From positions 1-64,000 of the forward strand of contig CAIFEG010000004.1 in assembly GCA_903789415.1 (NCBI GenBank): a stretch of DNA of 64,000 bases, written 5' to 3'. The notes beneath the pieces are model-generated. The model was not told the origin of the DNA, searched no databases, and saw only the letters and a list, made by a program, of their open reading frames with translations. The translations under genes were made by a program, and so were the position numbers. Source of the DNA: an uncultured Eggerthellaceae bacterium (GTDB lineage Bacteria > Actinomycetota > Coriobacteriia > Coriobacteriales > Eggerthellaceae). Below, piece by piece: positions 38,735 through 48,478 of the stretch (position 1 is the stretch's first letter; every line of letters begins with the position of its first letter).

Positions 38735-39038
38735 TGCCGAATTAAGAATAAACCGACGGAACAGGCGCGAATACCTTGTGACTCCTCTAAGAAACGTCTG
38801 TTCCGTATACGACCCCCCTCCTTTTATGCGCATGTTGGATGTGCAACGATCGCTATCATATGAAGCGAAACGTGCACGAAGACATGCGCATGCATTCATG
38901 TCGAGCGAAAATTTTCAAATACATTTGGGAATTGCCGATGTGCAAATCAATTCACGAAAATACGTTTGCAGAATCACTTTTGCGCAGAGAACGCAATTAA
39001 ATAACAAACTATAAAAATCAACGATCGGAGAATATGCG

Positions 39039-39947
39039 ATGGATGTAGATGCCATCAAAAAAGCGGCAAACTTCTACCGCAATCATGCAGGTCATCTCAA
39101 AACAGACCAGCTCGGATTTTTTGTTCAGCTTTTTGAAACGTGTGATGCGCGGAGCAAAGAATTGGGTGCACCTCAAGCCGCCAATTCGAATGACCCGTTT
39201 GATCCGGCGCATCCTGATAAAAACGAACTTGACCGGGAATACTGGATCGGCGAAACGGTTCTTTCAAAACACCCTATTGCGGTAGAGCCAATTGAATTTG
39301 CCGCAACGCTCCAGCAGATTTCCGATGTGGTGGCGAAAAATCCAAATCTTGCACCGGAAACTTCTCGGGCACTTTCCTCTTTTGCGTGGGATGCGTTTGT
39401 GTTCGACAATGATGTTGAGATGCTCGTGAACCACCCAAATAAGATGTTTGCTGCAACGCTTACGGTGGATGTTTCAGAAAATGTTGCCGATGCTACAGCT
39501 GATGCCTTCCATGTGGTGATGGCGTACGCGCTCCGTACGCATTTGGATGCCGTATCTCATACAATACATGAGGCGTTTAACCCGCGCGAAAGCATCGTGA
39601 AGGGTTCAAATCCGCTGCGGTGCCCGGTTTGCGGATCCGAGCCGTCTCTTTCCCTTGTAGGTCCGGCTGCTGGCACTGACGGAAATGGTCGCGAGCAGTA
39701 TTGCCCGGTATGTGGGTTTACCTGGCCGTTTGAACGCATTCGTTGTGGAAAATGTGGGAGCAAAGATCAATCGAAGCTGCATTACACAAGTGTTGAGGGA
39801 GATCCGGCGCACCGCATTCAGACGTGTGATGTATGCGGTGAACATAGCCTGGTGGTATTCCAGCCAGACCTCAAATGTGAGCCGTCTCTTGAAATCGAGG
39901 ATGTGATTATGGGTCCGCTTGCGGCGCTTGCAAAATCGCACGTCTAA
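39039..39947 (+). CDS. fdhE: Formate dehydrogenase accessory protein FdhE.
   Basis: Four CxxC pairs (CPVCGSE, CPVCGFTW, CGKCGSKD, CDVCGEH) in the FdhE arrangement. Confidence 0.8.
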   Translation: MDVDAIKKAANFYRNHAGHLKTDQLGFFVQLFETCDARSKELGAPQAANSNDPFDPAHPDKNELDREYWIGETVLSKHPIAVEPIEFAATLQQISDVVAKNPNLAPETSRALSSFAWDAFVFDNDVEMLVNHPNKMFAATLTVDVSENVADATADAFHVVMAYALRTHLDAVSHTIHEAFNPRESIVKGSNPLRCPVCGSEPSLSLVGPAAGTDGNGREQYCPVCGFTWPFERIRCGKCGSKDQSKLHYTSVEGDPAHRIQTCDVCGEHSLVVFQPDLKCEPSLEIEDVIMGPLAALAKSHV

Positions 39948-40018
39948 GCACGAATTTGCGCGTTGTCTTGCACCCAGCCCAAAAGCGGTACGTTTGCCGT
40001 GCCGGCGGAAGACGTGTG

Positions 40019-40142
40019 TGGCTAGAACATACCTGCCGGACATCTGAATGCTCGTGGCTAGAACATACCTGCCGGACATCTGAATGTTCGTGACTAAAAC
40101 ATACCTGCCGGGTATCTGAATGTTTGTGGCACTGCGTGCTCG
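40019..40142. repeat. 3.4 tandem copies of a 36-bp repeat (TGGCTAGAACATACCTGCCGGACATCTGAATGCTCG) in the fdhE-ATPase intergenic region.
   Basis: Copies at 40019, 40055, 40091, plus a partial copy at 40127. Confidence 0.85.
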
Positions 40143-40226
40143 TTACTTTTTCGTAGTGCTTCATCGACTATAATCGATAAAAATACATGATTCTATCGAC
40201 TGTAATCGATATTATGGAGCCCAATT

Positions 40227-41516
40227 ATGAACCATGAAGTAATAAAGCAGGTGATATTTGACCAGCGTCGTGTCATTCAGCGTATGCACATTACTCCTCG
40301 TCAATACCGGCTAGAAGTGCAGGCAAACTACATCATTGTTGGCATGCGTCGTGCGGGAAAGTCCACCCTTCTTTATGAAAGGGCGCGTGAACTTGTCGCC
40401 CAGGGGGCGGACTGGAGCCAAATAATCTACATTAATTTTGAAGACGAACGGCTTCTCGGATTTACGCTTGCTGATTTCAACGATGTTGTTCAAACGGCAG
40501 CAGAGCTTACGAACGACGAGCCATACTACTTTTTTGACGAAATCCAAAACATTGAGGGGTGGGAGCGCTTCGCACGACGCATGGCTGATGAGCAGCGGCG
40601 GGTCTTCATCTCTGGCAGCAACGCCGAGATGCTCAGTGGTGAGATGGCGCAGCGTCTTGGGGGACGGTATCTGGTGTGCGAGCTCATGCCTTTCAACTTT
40701 GCCGAGTACCTCTCTGCTAAGAATATTGATTACGACGAGGAGGCGCGTCTTACTGCGGAGCTTGTTGGCAAGATTCAGGCTGCAGCTGCTGACTATCTGA
40801 AGAATGGCGGTCTTCCAGAGTCTATCGAATTTCTTGACAGACGAACGTATGCTGAGAATGTCTACCAGAAGGTACTTCTGGGAGATATTGCTGCTCGACA
40901 TTCGATTCGCAACATTGCTACGCTGCGAATGCTCATTAAGAAGATCGCAGAGACAGTCACAAGCGAAGTAACTTTCTCGTCGCTCAGAAGATCAGTTGTT
41001 GCGACAGGTGCCTCTATTAGCACAGATTCGGTTATTGATTATGTTGGTTATGCAGAGGATGCCTATCTCCTCTTCCATACGAGCAACTATGTTGCGCACT
41101 TCGCCCAGCGAGAAAGCACCCCGCGTTATTACTTTGGAGATAATGGTCTGCTTGACCTTTTCCTGGTAGATAAGGCATCGTTGCTGTTGGAGAATGCGGT
41201 CGCACTGAGTCTCAAACGGCGTTTCGGCGACAAAGTTTTTTATTTCAAATCTTCAAAGACCAGCATAGATATAGATTTCTACCTCCCAGACCAATCACTT
41301 GCTGTTCAGGTGGTGTATACCCTTGACGAAAACAGTAAGAAGCGTGAGCTATCGAGTCTCGATGCCTTGTCGCGTGACAAAAGACTTGCACCCAAGCGGT
41401 CTGTAATCGTCACTTATGCAGATGATGAGAGAACCATCGATACCGGTGATTCTTCCATCGAAGTTATCCCGCTTTGGAAGTTTCTTTTGGAAAATTCTTT
41501 ACTCAATGAAAACTGA
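40227..41516 (+). CDS. AAA-family ATPase with DUF4143 domain.
   Basis: Walker A GMRRAGKST, Walker B FFDEIQ, 429 aa. Confidence 0.65.
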   Translation: MNHEVIKQVIFDQRRVIQRMHITPRQYRLEVQANYIIVGMRRAGKSTLLYERARELVAQGADWSQIIYINFEDERLLGFTLADFNDVVQTAAELTNDEPYYFFDEIQNIEGWERFARRMADEQRRVFISGSNAEMLSGEMAQRLGGRYLVCELMPFNFAEYLSAKNIDYDEEARLTAELVGKIQAAAADYLKNGGLPESIEFLDRRTYAENVYQKVLLGDIAARHSIRNIATLRMLIKKIAETVTSEVTFSSLRRSVVATGASISTDSVIDYVGYAEDAYLLFHTSNYVAHFAQRESTPRYYFGDNGLLDLFLVDKASLLLENAVALSLKRRFGDKVFYFKSSKTSIDIDFYLPDQSLAVQVVYTLDENSKKRELSSLDALSRDKRLAPKRSVIVTYADDERTIDTGDSSIEVIPLWKFLLENSLLNEN

Positions 41517-41560
41517 GTCAATTTTAATTGAGTTAAATAAAATTGAGTAAAGAGGATCGT

Positions 41561-42940
41561 ATGACGTTTTATGGTCGAGAAAATGAGCTTGCGCTCCTAC
41601 AAAAGACATTCGAAAGTCGCAAACAAAACGTGACGCTTGTCTATGGACGCAAACGCGTTGGCAAAAGTGAGCTCATCAAGCAGGCGCTCACGTGCTCGAA
41701 TTCACATGCCATTTACTATGAATGCAAGGAGATTTCGGGAGGGGGCAACGTTGCGAGCTTGGCGAGTCTCGTTTCGGAAACGCTCGAACTTCCTCCGCTA
41801 GGCTTTTCAACTATAGAAGCATTGCTCGAGTTCCTTTTCAGACAGGCAAACAAATCGAAGTTTATCCTTGTGCTTGACGAATATCCGTATCTGCGAAGCG
41901 CCGTCAAGGGGCTTGACAGCATACTTCAGACACTTATCGATCGGTTTGCCAATACGTCGCAGCTCTCACTCGTGCTTTGCGGCTCGTATATCGAGGTGAT
42001 GCGAACATTACTTGAGCATGAGAACCCTTTGTATGGCCGAGTAGATCACACGATTGCGCTCGAGCCGATGGACTATTATGACTCGGCGCGCTTCTACTCA
42101 AACTTTTCCGCAGAAGATAAGGTGCGCCTGTACAGTGTTTTTGGCGGCATTCCTTATTACAACAAGTTCATCGATTCCACGGCAAGTGTTGATGAAAACA
42201 TCATGGGCTTGTTGGTAGAGCCTGACTCTCGGCTTGAAAATGAAGTGCCGCTGTATCTGGGGTCTGAGATATCTAAAATTACGAATGCGAACGAAGTATT
42301 CGGAGCACTCGCGCAGGGATATGCGCGATATAAGGACATCCTCGATCAGTCGCATGTGACGAGTGGTCCTGCTATGGTAAATGTTCTGGACAAGCTTATC
42401 AGCATGGAGCTCGTTCAGAAGCAGACGCCCATCAATGATCCGGTGAATCGGCGGAAAACCAGCTATCGTATTGTGGATGGGCTCTCGCTTTTTTATTACC
42501 GGTATCTCTTTCGCTATTCCTCGCAGCGGATGGTCATGAGCCCCAAGGCTTTCTTCAAACGATATGTGCACGATGACCTGGAAACAAACTTTATACCGCA
42601 TCGTTTTGAGGAGGTGTGCCGTCAGTATCTCATTCGCCAGAATCGTGCAGGGAAAATGCCAGAAACGTTCTCGGAAATTGGAAGATATTGGTATGATGAT
42701 CCGTCAACGCACACAAACGGCGAGTTTGACATCGTGACAAAAGACCCGAAGGGCTATGCATTCTATGAAGCGAAGTTTCGCTCAACGCCGGTAACGACAA
42801 AAATGATGGAAGAGGAGATCGCACAGGTGAGAGCCACGGGTCTTACAAGCTATGCGTACGGCTTTTTCTCGCGCTCCGGCTTTAAAGGAACTGCTCCGGC
42901 CGATACGCGCCTTATCTCGATAGAAGAGCTATATGGATAA
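41561..42940 (+). CDS. ATP-binding protein (archaeal-type ATPase with DUF234 C-terminal domain). Start at ATG 41561.
   Basis: Walker A GRKRVGKSE, Walker B VLDEYPY. AAAGAGGA SD before 41561. Confidence 0.65.
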   Translation: MTFYGRENELALLQKTFESRKQNVTLVYGRKRVGKSELIKQALTCSNSHAIYYECKEISGGGNVASLASLVSETLELPPLGFSTIEALLEFLFRQANKSKFILVLDEYPYLRSAVKGLDSILQTLIDRFANTSQLSLVLCGSYIEVMRTLLEHENPLYGRVDHTIALEPMDYYDSARFYSNFSAEDKVRLYSVFGGIPYYNKFIDSTASVDENIMGLLVEPDSRLENEVPLYLGSEISKITNANEVFGALAQGYARYKDILDQSHVTSGPAMVNVLDKLISMELVQKQTPINDPVNRRKTSYRIVDGLSLFYYRYLFRYSSQRMVMSPKAFFKRYVHDDLETNFIPHRFEEVCRQYLIRQNRAGKMPETFSEIGRYWYDDPSTHTNGEFDIVTKDPKGYAFYEAKFRSTPVTTKMMEEEIAQVRATGLTSYAYGFFSRSGFKGTAPADTRLISIEELYG

Positions 42941-43017
42941 TTTCATCGAACTGTTGTCGAAACCCGCCGTATTTCAATGAAGAGGCGATTGCAGAAAAGA
43001 AGTTCTTGCAGAACGAG

Positions 43018-43821
43018 CTATAATTCCGCAGGAATTTGTTCTGTTTGATACGGAAACACGATTCTCAGCTTATTGCTAATGGGCGTGACGGGCACCATAT
43101 ATGAACGCACGTGATAGAACTCTTTGATGGTATCTTCGTTAATCACGGATTTTGTGGGACCCATCAGTTGTTTCCCATTGCTTCCAAGAAATAGCGTGTC
43201 GTCCGAAATCCTAAGCGCGTTGTTGGGGAAATGGGTGTTGATTATGCATGTGGTATCACCTTTATCCGCAATGCGCTCTATTACATCGAGCACACGCAAT
43301 TGGTTTGCCATATCCAGGTTGGATTCGGGTTCATCTAAGATGAGTACCTCTGGATCACTTACCAGTGCACGTGCGATCAGCACCATCTGCAACTGACCTC
43401 CGCTTACGCGGTCACAATTTCGCTCAGCAAGGTCAGCGAGGCCGAGCCATTCGAGTGCCGCCTGTGCTTTTTCATAATCCTCTTTTGATGGTGTAGAGAA
43501 CAGTGAAGAAGAGGCGTTGAGCCCCATGACCACCGTGTCAATGACACGATACGAAAATGAGCTTTGTTTTGCCTGGGGCACATAGCTAATATGCGACCAC
43601 ACTTCTTTATGGGAATATGAATGGAATGGAGCGCCGTTGAGGAGTGTTTCACCTTCTTTCCATGGCAAAAACCCCATCAGACATCTGAGTAGCGTTGTTT
43701 TCCCAACGCCGTTTGCGCCCAGGATAGTGAGTACCTTGTTTTCGGGCACCTTTAAATTCAGGTGGTCAAATAAGAGCTTTCCGCGATATCCGAAGCATCC
43801 ATTGTGAATTTCTACTTTCAT
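43018..43821 (-). CDS. Iron-chelate/cobalamin-type ABC transporter ATP-binding protein (FecE/BtuD family).
   Basis: Walker A GANGVGKTT, signature SGGQLQMV, Walker B LILDEP. Start MKVEIHNG with a GGAGGGAG SD. Confidence 0.85.
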   Translation of the reverse strand: MKVEIHNGCFGYRGKLLFDHLNLKVPENKVLTILGANGVGKTTLLRCLMGFLPWKEGETLLNGAPFHSYSHKEVWSHISYVPQAKQSSFSYRVIDTVVMGLNASSSLFSTPSKEDYEKAQAALEWLGLADLAERNCDRVSGGQLQMVLIARALVSDPEVLILDEPESNLDMANQLRVLDVIERIADKGDTTCIINTHFPNNALRISDDTLFLGSNGKQLMGPTKSVINEDTIKEFYHVRSYMVPVTPISNKLRIVFPYQTEQIPAEL

Positions 43822-44918
43822 TTTGCACTCCCTCCGGTTTTTTGAAGCAGTGACATAAAGACAGGTGCGCCAATAATTGCCGTGAGAATAGACAAAGGAA
43901 TTTCCGTTCCTGTTGCACACCGTGCAATATCGTCAATAAGTAAAAGGTATGCTCCTCCCATCAGCATTGATGAAGGAATTAGGACGCGGTGATCGTTCCC
44001 TACGATCATTCGACACATATGTGGAATGACTAAGCCGATCCAGCCAATAACGCCGCAGAGCGACACGGTTACTGCCGTCATAAGGGTTGCGATAACAAGC
44101 ACAAGAATGCGCATTTTGCTTACATCGATGCCAAGCGAAGCAGCTTCTTCTTCGTCAAGGGATAGAAGGTTGAGCTTCCAACGCAGCAGCCAAAGCAAGA
44201 TGCAGCATGGCAAGATTATGATGGCAGAGGTAACTACGTCTCCATATGATGAAGAGGTAAGCGATCCCATCAGCCATGTGACGATAGCAGGCAGTTGGTC
44301 ATATGGGTCGGCCACATATTCCAAGAGTGAAACAAGCGCTGAAAACAGAGAACTTACGATTACGCCTGCAAGGACCAACATATACAGCTGTGTTTTCTTT
44401 TGCACACGTCCCAGAAAAATTACTATCACCAGGGCGATTAATCCAAAAGCAAGTGACCAGGCTTGGATTCCGATTGTTCCTACCGAAAGAAGAATGCCGA
44501 GTGTTGCGCCAAAGCTTGCTCCGGAAGATACACCCAGAATGTCGGAGCTGACGAGGGGGTTCCCGAACACCGCTTGATATGTTGCACCGGCTTCGGCAAG
44601 TGCCGCGCCCACGAGGATTCCCATAAGAATACGGGGCATTCGCACCGAAAATACGATGTTTGATGCCATAGGATCGACGTTTGACTGAGTTAATGTTCCC
44701 CAGAGTACCTGAATGATATCTGAGGGTGAAAACTGGTAGCGGCCAAGGCAGAGAGAAAAGATAAACGTTGCGATCAGAAGTATGAGCAGGGCAAGGATGG
44801 CAATTCCGCCATGCTTATGTCGCTCGTTGGTCTGGCTTTGGAGTGCGCCGGTCTTGCTTTGGCCGGCGGGAGTTTTCGCGGCTTTTTCTCCTTTGATGAC
44901 CTTGTTTTTGCTGCTCAT
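43818..44918 (-). CDS. FecCD-family ABC transporter permease.
   Basis: 366 aa, about 9-10 TM helices. 4-bp overlap with the ATPase gene. Confidence 0.85.
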   Translation of the reverse strand: MSSKNKVIKGEKAAKTPAGQSKTGALQSQTNERHKHGGIAILALLILLIATFIFSLCLGRYQFSPSDIIQVLWGTLTQSNVDPMASNIVFSVRMPRILMGILVGAALAEAGATYQAVFGNPLVSSDILGVSSGASFGATLGILLSVGTIGIQAWSLAFGLIALVIVIFLGRVQKKTQLYMLVLAGVIVSSLFSALVSLLEYVADPYDQLPAIVTWLMGSLTSSSYGDVVTSAIIILPCCILLWLLRWKLNLLSLDEEEAASLGIDVSKMRILVLVIATLMTAVTVSLCGVIGWIGLVIPHMCRMIVGNDHRVLIPSSMLMGGAYLLLIDDIARCATGTEIPLSILTAIIGAPVFMSLLQKTGGSAK

Positions 44919-46135
44919 GATGCTGACTTCTTTACGAACGCATGGTCAACAAGTTTGAGGAACGAGGTTCCATATGGGCACAGATGCTTATCCCATGACA
45001 GACGGCTCGACACCGCAGCATGAGGAACTTCCACAAACGCTGTTCCTTCACTCACATACGGCTGGAGCAGGCCATCGCCTACCACGAGGTCATAATTACC
45101 CGAACCTGCCAGGTCAAGCGCTTGAAGCTCGCTTATCGTTCCATGATCACCCTCAGAAAGGGGCTGATCCCAATCAAAGAATGTCGCGGTTTCTACCTTC
45201 GCAAATCCCATATCTTCGATAAGTGACTGGCGTATGCTGTGTGCAAGCACTTGCTCTCCGATGACAAGAGCGCGATCGTGACCACCAGTCGCCTCTGGCC
45301 CTTGTTCAGCAGGTTTACCTTCCGCTACCATCTCCAAATTACGCAGAAAACGCTGCACAGGTTTCTCACCTGATAGAGAACCATCAATATACGGAATACC
45401 GAGCGCCTGGTTCATCCAGGCTGCAACGTCATGTCCGCTTCGCGTAAGTACAACGTTACATGCAGCATTCTGCGCTTCGGCCAGTTCATCGAGCGATGAA
45501 CCCATGCACCAGCAGCTTTCGATGGCCCATCCCGCATCTTCCAAAATGTCCTTGATGGCCTGTACATTTTCATTGTTAAGCAGATCTAATGGAGTTGCTC
45601 CAAGCAGATTTACACTTTTGGTGTGACGCTGCTTTTGAGAGCGTGGCTTTGGGTTAGGAAAGACAAGATCACGAGCGAGTTTAAGCATGGCAAGTGACAC
45701 GCCATAGTCGTAGTAACGTGTGCCCGTAGTTTCAAATGCAAGCACCGGCGTGTGAATCTTTCGCTGCAGCTCTTTACCAAGAGCCTTTAAGTCAGTTCCC
45801 AAAATCATGGGATTCGGCGAGCCAATGATGGCAACAAAACGCCCCCCAACTGCCTCTTGAGTATGCGCACTGGCTTCTACAAATAAGTCATCTCGCCCGA
45901 ATAGCGCCTGCATATCATCGAGGGCGGAAGTGAATACGCGTGCATGGCTGCTGTAGGCGCGCGGTTCATCGTATCCTACGAAATTTCCGGTGCACCCCGC
46001 AGGGTCATGGAAAATGATGGTGCCATCAAGCTCAAATAATGCCGATGCGACGCCGGAATAATCGCCAGCGAACGTAGGAAGATACATGTGAATACGCGTA
46101 TCGTTTAAGAGATCTTGTGGGAATTTTTCATTCAT
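44915..46135 (-). CDS. Nitrogenase component-1-like oxidoreductase subunit (NifK/NifN/BchB-like).
   Basis: 406 aa, Cys-containing Nif D/K-fold sequence. Translationally coupled to the upstream D-like gene. Confidence 0.65.
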   Translation of the reverse strand: MNEKFPQDLLNDTRIHMYLPTFAGDYSGVASALFELDGTIIFHDPAGCTGNFVGYDEPRAYSSHARVFTSALDDMQALFGRDDLFVEASAHTQEAVGGRFVAIIGSPNPMILGTDLKALGKELQRKIHTPVLAFETTGTRYYDYGVSLAMLKLARDLVFPNPKPRSQKQRHTKSVNLLGATPLDLLNNENVQAIKDILEDAGWAIESCWCMGSSLDELAEAQNAACNVVLTRSGHDVAAWMNQALGIPYIDGSLSGEKPVQRFLRNLEMVAEGKPAEQGPEATGGHDRALVIGEQVLAHSIRQSLIEDMGFAKVETATFFDWDQPLSEGDHGTISELQALDLAGSGNYDLVVGDGLLQPYVSEGTAFVEVPHAAVSSRLSWDKHLCPYGTSFLKLVDHAFVKKSAS

Positions 46136-47592
46136 TAGACCACCAACGTTTTCTCCAACAGCATCTTGCGTGTATCGCGCGTTTCCGTAAGTGCATGTTT
46201 TACTTCGCTTAGCAGGTATTCAATGGCCTGGAAACCAAATGGCTGCTGATCAACACCCCATGGCACGCACGTCGCCTCTGGGCACAGACGCCCTACATCA
46301 AATCCCACGGCAATATCAACTGGTTCATTCAAGCCGGTAACGGTTGCCATACGAGGGTTTGTGCTCGGATAGACGGGAAGCGTGGGGTTTACCTGCATGA
46401 GTTCATCCACATAGGGGGCATCTGATGCAGCTGCTTCCTCGGCGACGAGCGCGACGATGTGTGCACCGGCCTGCTGAAGCAAGGCTGCAATTTCGAATGT
46501 CGAACCATTCAGGCTTGATCCGACGGCAACATTTTTCCCTGAAAGCCAAGAGCGAGCTTCCTCAATCGATTGCTGTGCATGCGTTTTATATGGCTCGTAT
46601 TCGAGCTTGACGCCAAGTGCTTCGCCAAGTGCATCGTACATATGTGCTACATGATCGATCGACATGGGCATGCCTGTGAGCTTGTACGGTGTGCCCCATT
46701 TCTTTTTCATTTCATCGCAGGCCAAGCGGCCGAATGCTTTAAGCAAGATATTGAAATGCGACAATCGTATCTCGGCGAATTCATCGAAGTTTTTGCATGC
46801 CGCTATTTGATGGACGCTTTGATACCCTGCCTGTTTGAGCAGCGGATATAGCTCAGATTCAGCCGCGACAGGAGCGAAACCACCGATAATATTGATGGCG
46901 TGTTCGTCGTGTGGTCCTTGGGGAAGATGCTCAAGCACATGATATATGGTGCGCTGCAGGGTGACCGGAGGTGGCGTGTGTGACGTCATAGTCACGGGGT
47001 CCATGTGGCCATCCACAAACGGAATCCCATATTTGTGCTCCATTTCTGCAGCGAGACCACGGTAATCTGATCCAAGCAGATCGTCCACGCAGGTGCTGAA
47101 TAGTAAGAACGCGCGAGGCCGTGGCCTGCGATGCTCCATAATCCACGCCACCGCTTGTTTGACACGTTCAAGATGTGTGCCCATTACTAAATCTGATTCT
47201 GTGGCGTCCAGGTAATAGATGCGATCGCGGTATCCATTCATGATTGCTGATAACGATCCGTGCCGTCCGCATCCAGCAGGAGCGGTAAACAGGATCACCG
47301 AATCAGGCACCTGTATTGCTCCGCGAACAATGCCCCATCCACCGGCGCACGGAGCCACATACCGCACGAATCCTTTTGGGGTGAGACACCCTTCGGTAAT
47401 TGGCAGTCCCACTACCTGGGATCCGTCTGCAGAATCTTCCAACACATCACTTGGCCGTGATGTGCGGTCCACCATATCTTTGAGCGGTACTGCTACGCCC
47501 GCATCTGTCTGTGTCCTCTGTGTATAAGGAGGATTTTTCTTAGACGAGAGCTGCGCAGCGTCGCTGCTTGTATGACGCGTCGTCTGTTTCAT
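46135..47592 (-). CDS. Nitrogenase component-1-like oxidoreductase subunit (NifD/NifE/BchN-like).
   Basis: 485 aa, conserved Cys ligand regions (EGCLTPKG.., APAGCGRHG). Confidence 0.65.
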   Translation of the reverse strand: MKQTTRHTSSDAAQLSSKKNPPYTQRTQTDAGVAVPLKDMVDRTSRPSDVLEDSADGSQVVGLPITEGCLTPKGFVRYVAPCAGGWGIVRGAIQVPDSVILFTAPAGCGRHGSLSAIMNGYRDRIYYLDATESDLVMGTHLERVKQAVAWIMEHRRPRPRAFLLFSTCVDDLLGSDYRGLAAEMEHKYGIPFVDGHMDPVTMTSHTPPPVTLQRTIYHVLEHLPQGPHDEHAINIIGGFAPVAAESELYPLLKQAGYQSVHQIAACKNFDEFAEIRLSHFNILLKAFGRLACDEMKKKWGTPYKLTGMPMSIDHVAHMYDALGEALGVKLEYEPYKTHAQQSIEEARSWLSGKNVAVGSSLNGSTFEIAALLQQAGAHIVALVAEEAAASDAPYVDELMQVNPTLPVYPSTNPRMATVTGLNEPVDIAVGFDVGRLCPEATCVPWGVDQQPFGFQAIEYLLSEVKHALTETRDTRKMLLEKTLVV

Positions 47593-47594
47593 AT

Positions 47595-48344
47595 TTATTC
47601 CTCCATTAATTTATCCGCAATAGACTGAAACGTCTGCGAAATGGGCAATGAGGAATCCATCTGTTCGACTGTCATGCCTTGGTCTTCAGCTTGCTGAATA
47701 TTGTCATCACGCGGAACAATACCCAAAATCTGAGTATGGATACTGTCAGCAAAGTTTTGGACAATCTCCTTTTCATTGGGGACATTTCGACAATTCAGGA
47801 TAATTCCACGCAAACGCGCATAGCCGCGTGACGAGAATGATTCAAGTGCTTTGTTGATATTGTTGGCAGCATAGAGTGCCATCTTTTCCCCTGAGGTAAC
47901 GATAACCACTTCATCGGCGTATCCTGCCCGCAGAGGTGTAGCAAAACCACCACATACTACGTCTCCTAAAACATCGAAGAAAACGTAATCGGGGTCGTAT
48001 TTGTCAAATGCTTCGAATTCTTCAAGTGTCTCGAATGTTTTTACGATACCGCGGCCTGCGCAGCCACTTCCTGGGGTTGGGCCGCCCGCCTCAACACAGG
48101 CGACTCCCCGGTAGCCCTGGGTCACAATTTGATCCAGTGATGGACACGTTCCACCGTGTTCCATAAGTACTTCCATCACCGGTTTTATGGTTGTGCCTTC
48201 AAGTAAGTTAAATGTCGAATCGGCCTTGGGATCGCAGCCAATTTGCATGACCCGTTTTCCTTCATCTGCCATACAAGCAGAAAGAGTTGATGTTACGGTT
48301 GACTTCCCGATACCGCCTTTTCCATAAATTGCAATTTTTCTCAT
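47595..48344 (-). CDS. NifH/BchL/CfbC-family ATP-dependent reductase (nitrogenase iron protein-like).
   Basis: P-loop GKGGIGKST, switch regions, and both 4Fe-4S Cys (CVEAGGP, VCGGFA). 249 aa. Confidence 0.85.
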   Translation of the reverse strand: MRKIAIYGKGGIGKSTVTSTLSACMADEGKRVMQIGCDPKADSTFNLLEGTTIKPVMEVLMEHGGTCPSLDQIVTQGYRGVACVEAGGPTPGSGCAGRGIVKTFETLEEFEAFDKYDPDYVFFDVLGDVVCGGFATPLRAGYADEVVIVTSGEKMALYAANNINKALESFSSRGYARLRGIILNCRNVPNEKEIVQNFADSIHTQILGIVPRDDNIQQAEDQGMTVEQMDSSLPISQTFQSIADKLMEE

Positions 48345-48478
48345 TACATCTCATCCGTTTCATACACTGCCAATATTTAACGAGTGGGTAGTGAGCACCC
48401 GCGCAAAACGTGAGCATGATGAGCATGGACTTTGCTGTCATAACTTGGATGGCTTAAGCCCTGTGCTCGCTATTGCTG

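Noticed and set aside
39907-40164. Minus-strand 85-aa ORF with repeated HEHSDVRQVC units.
   Set aside because: It is simply the translation of the 36-bp tandem DNA repeat in an intergenic region. It has no SD and no other coding signal.
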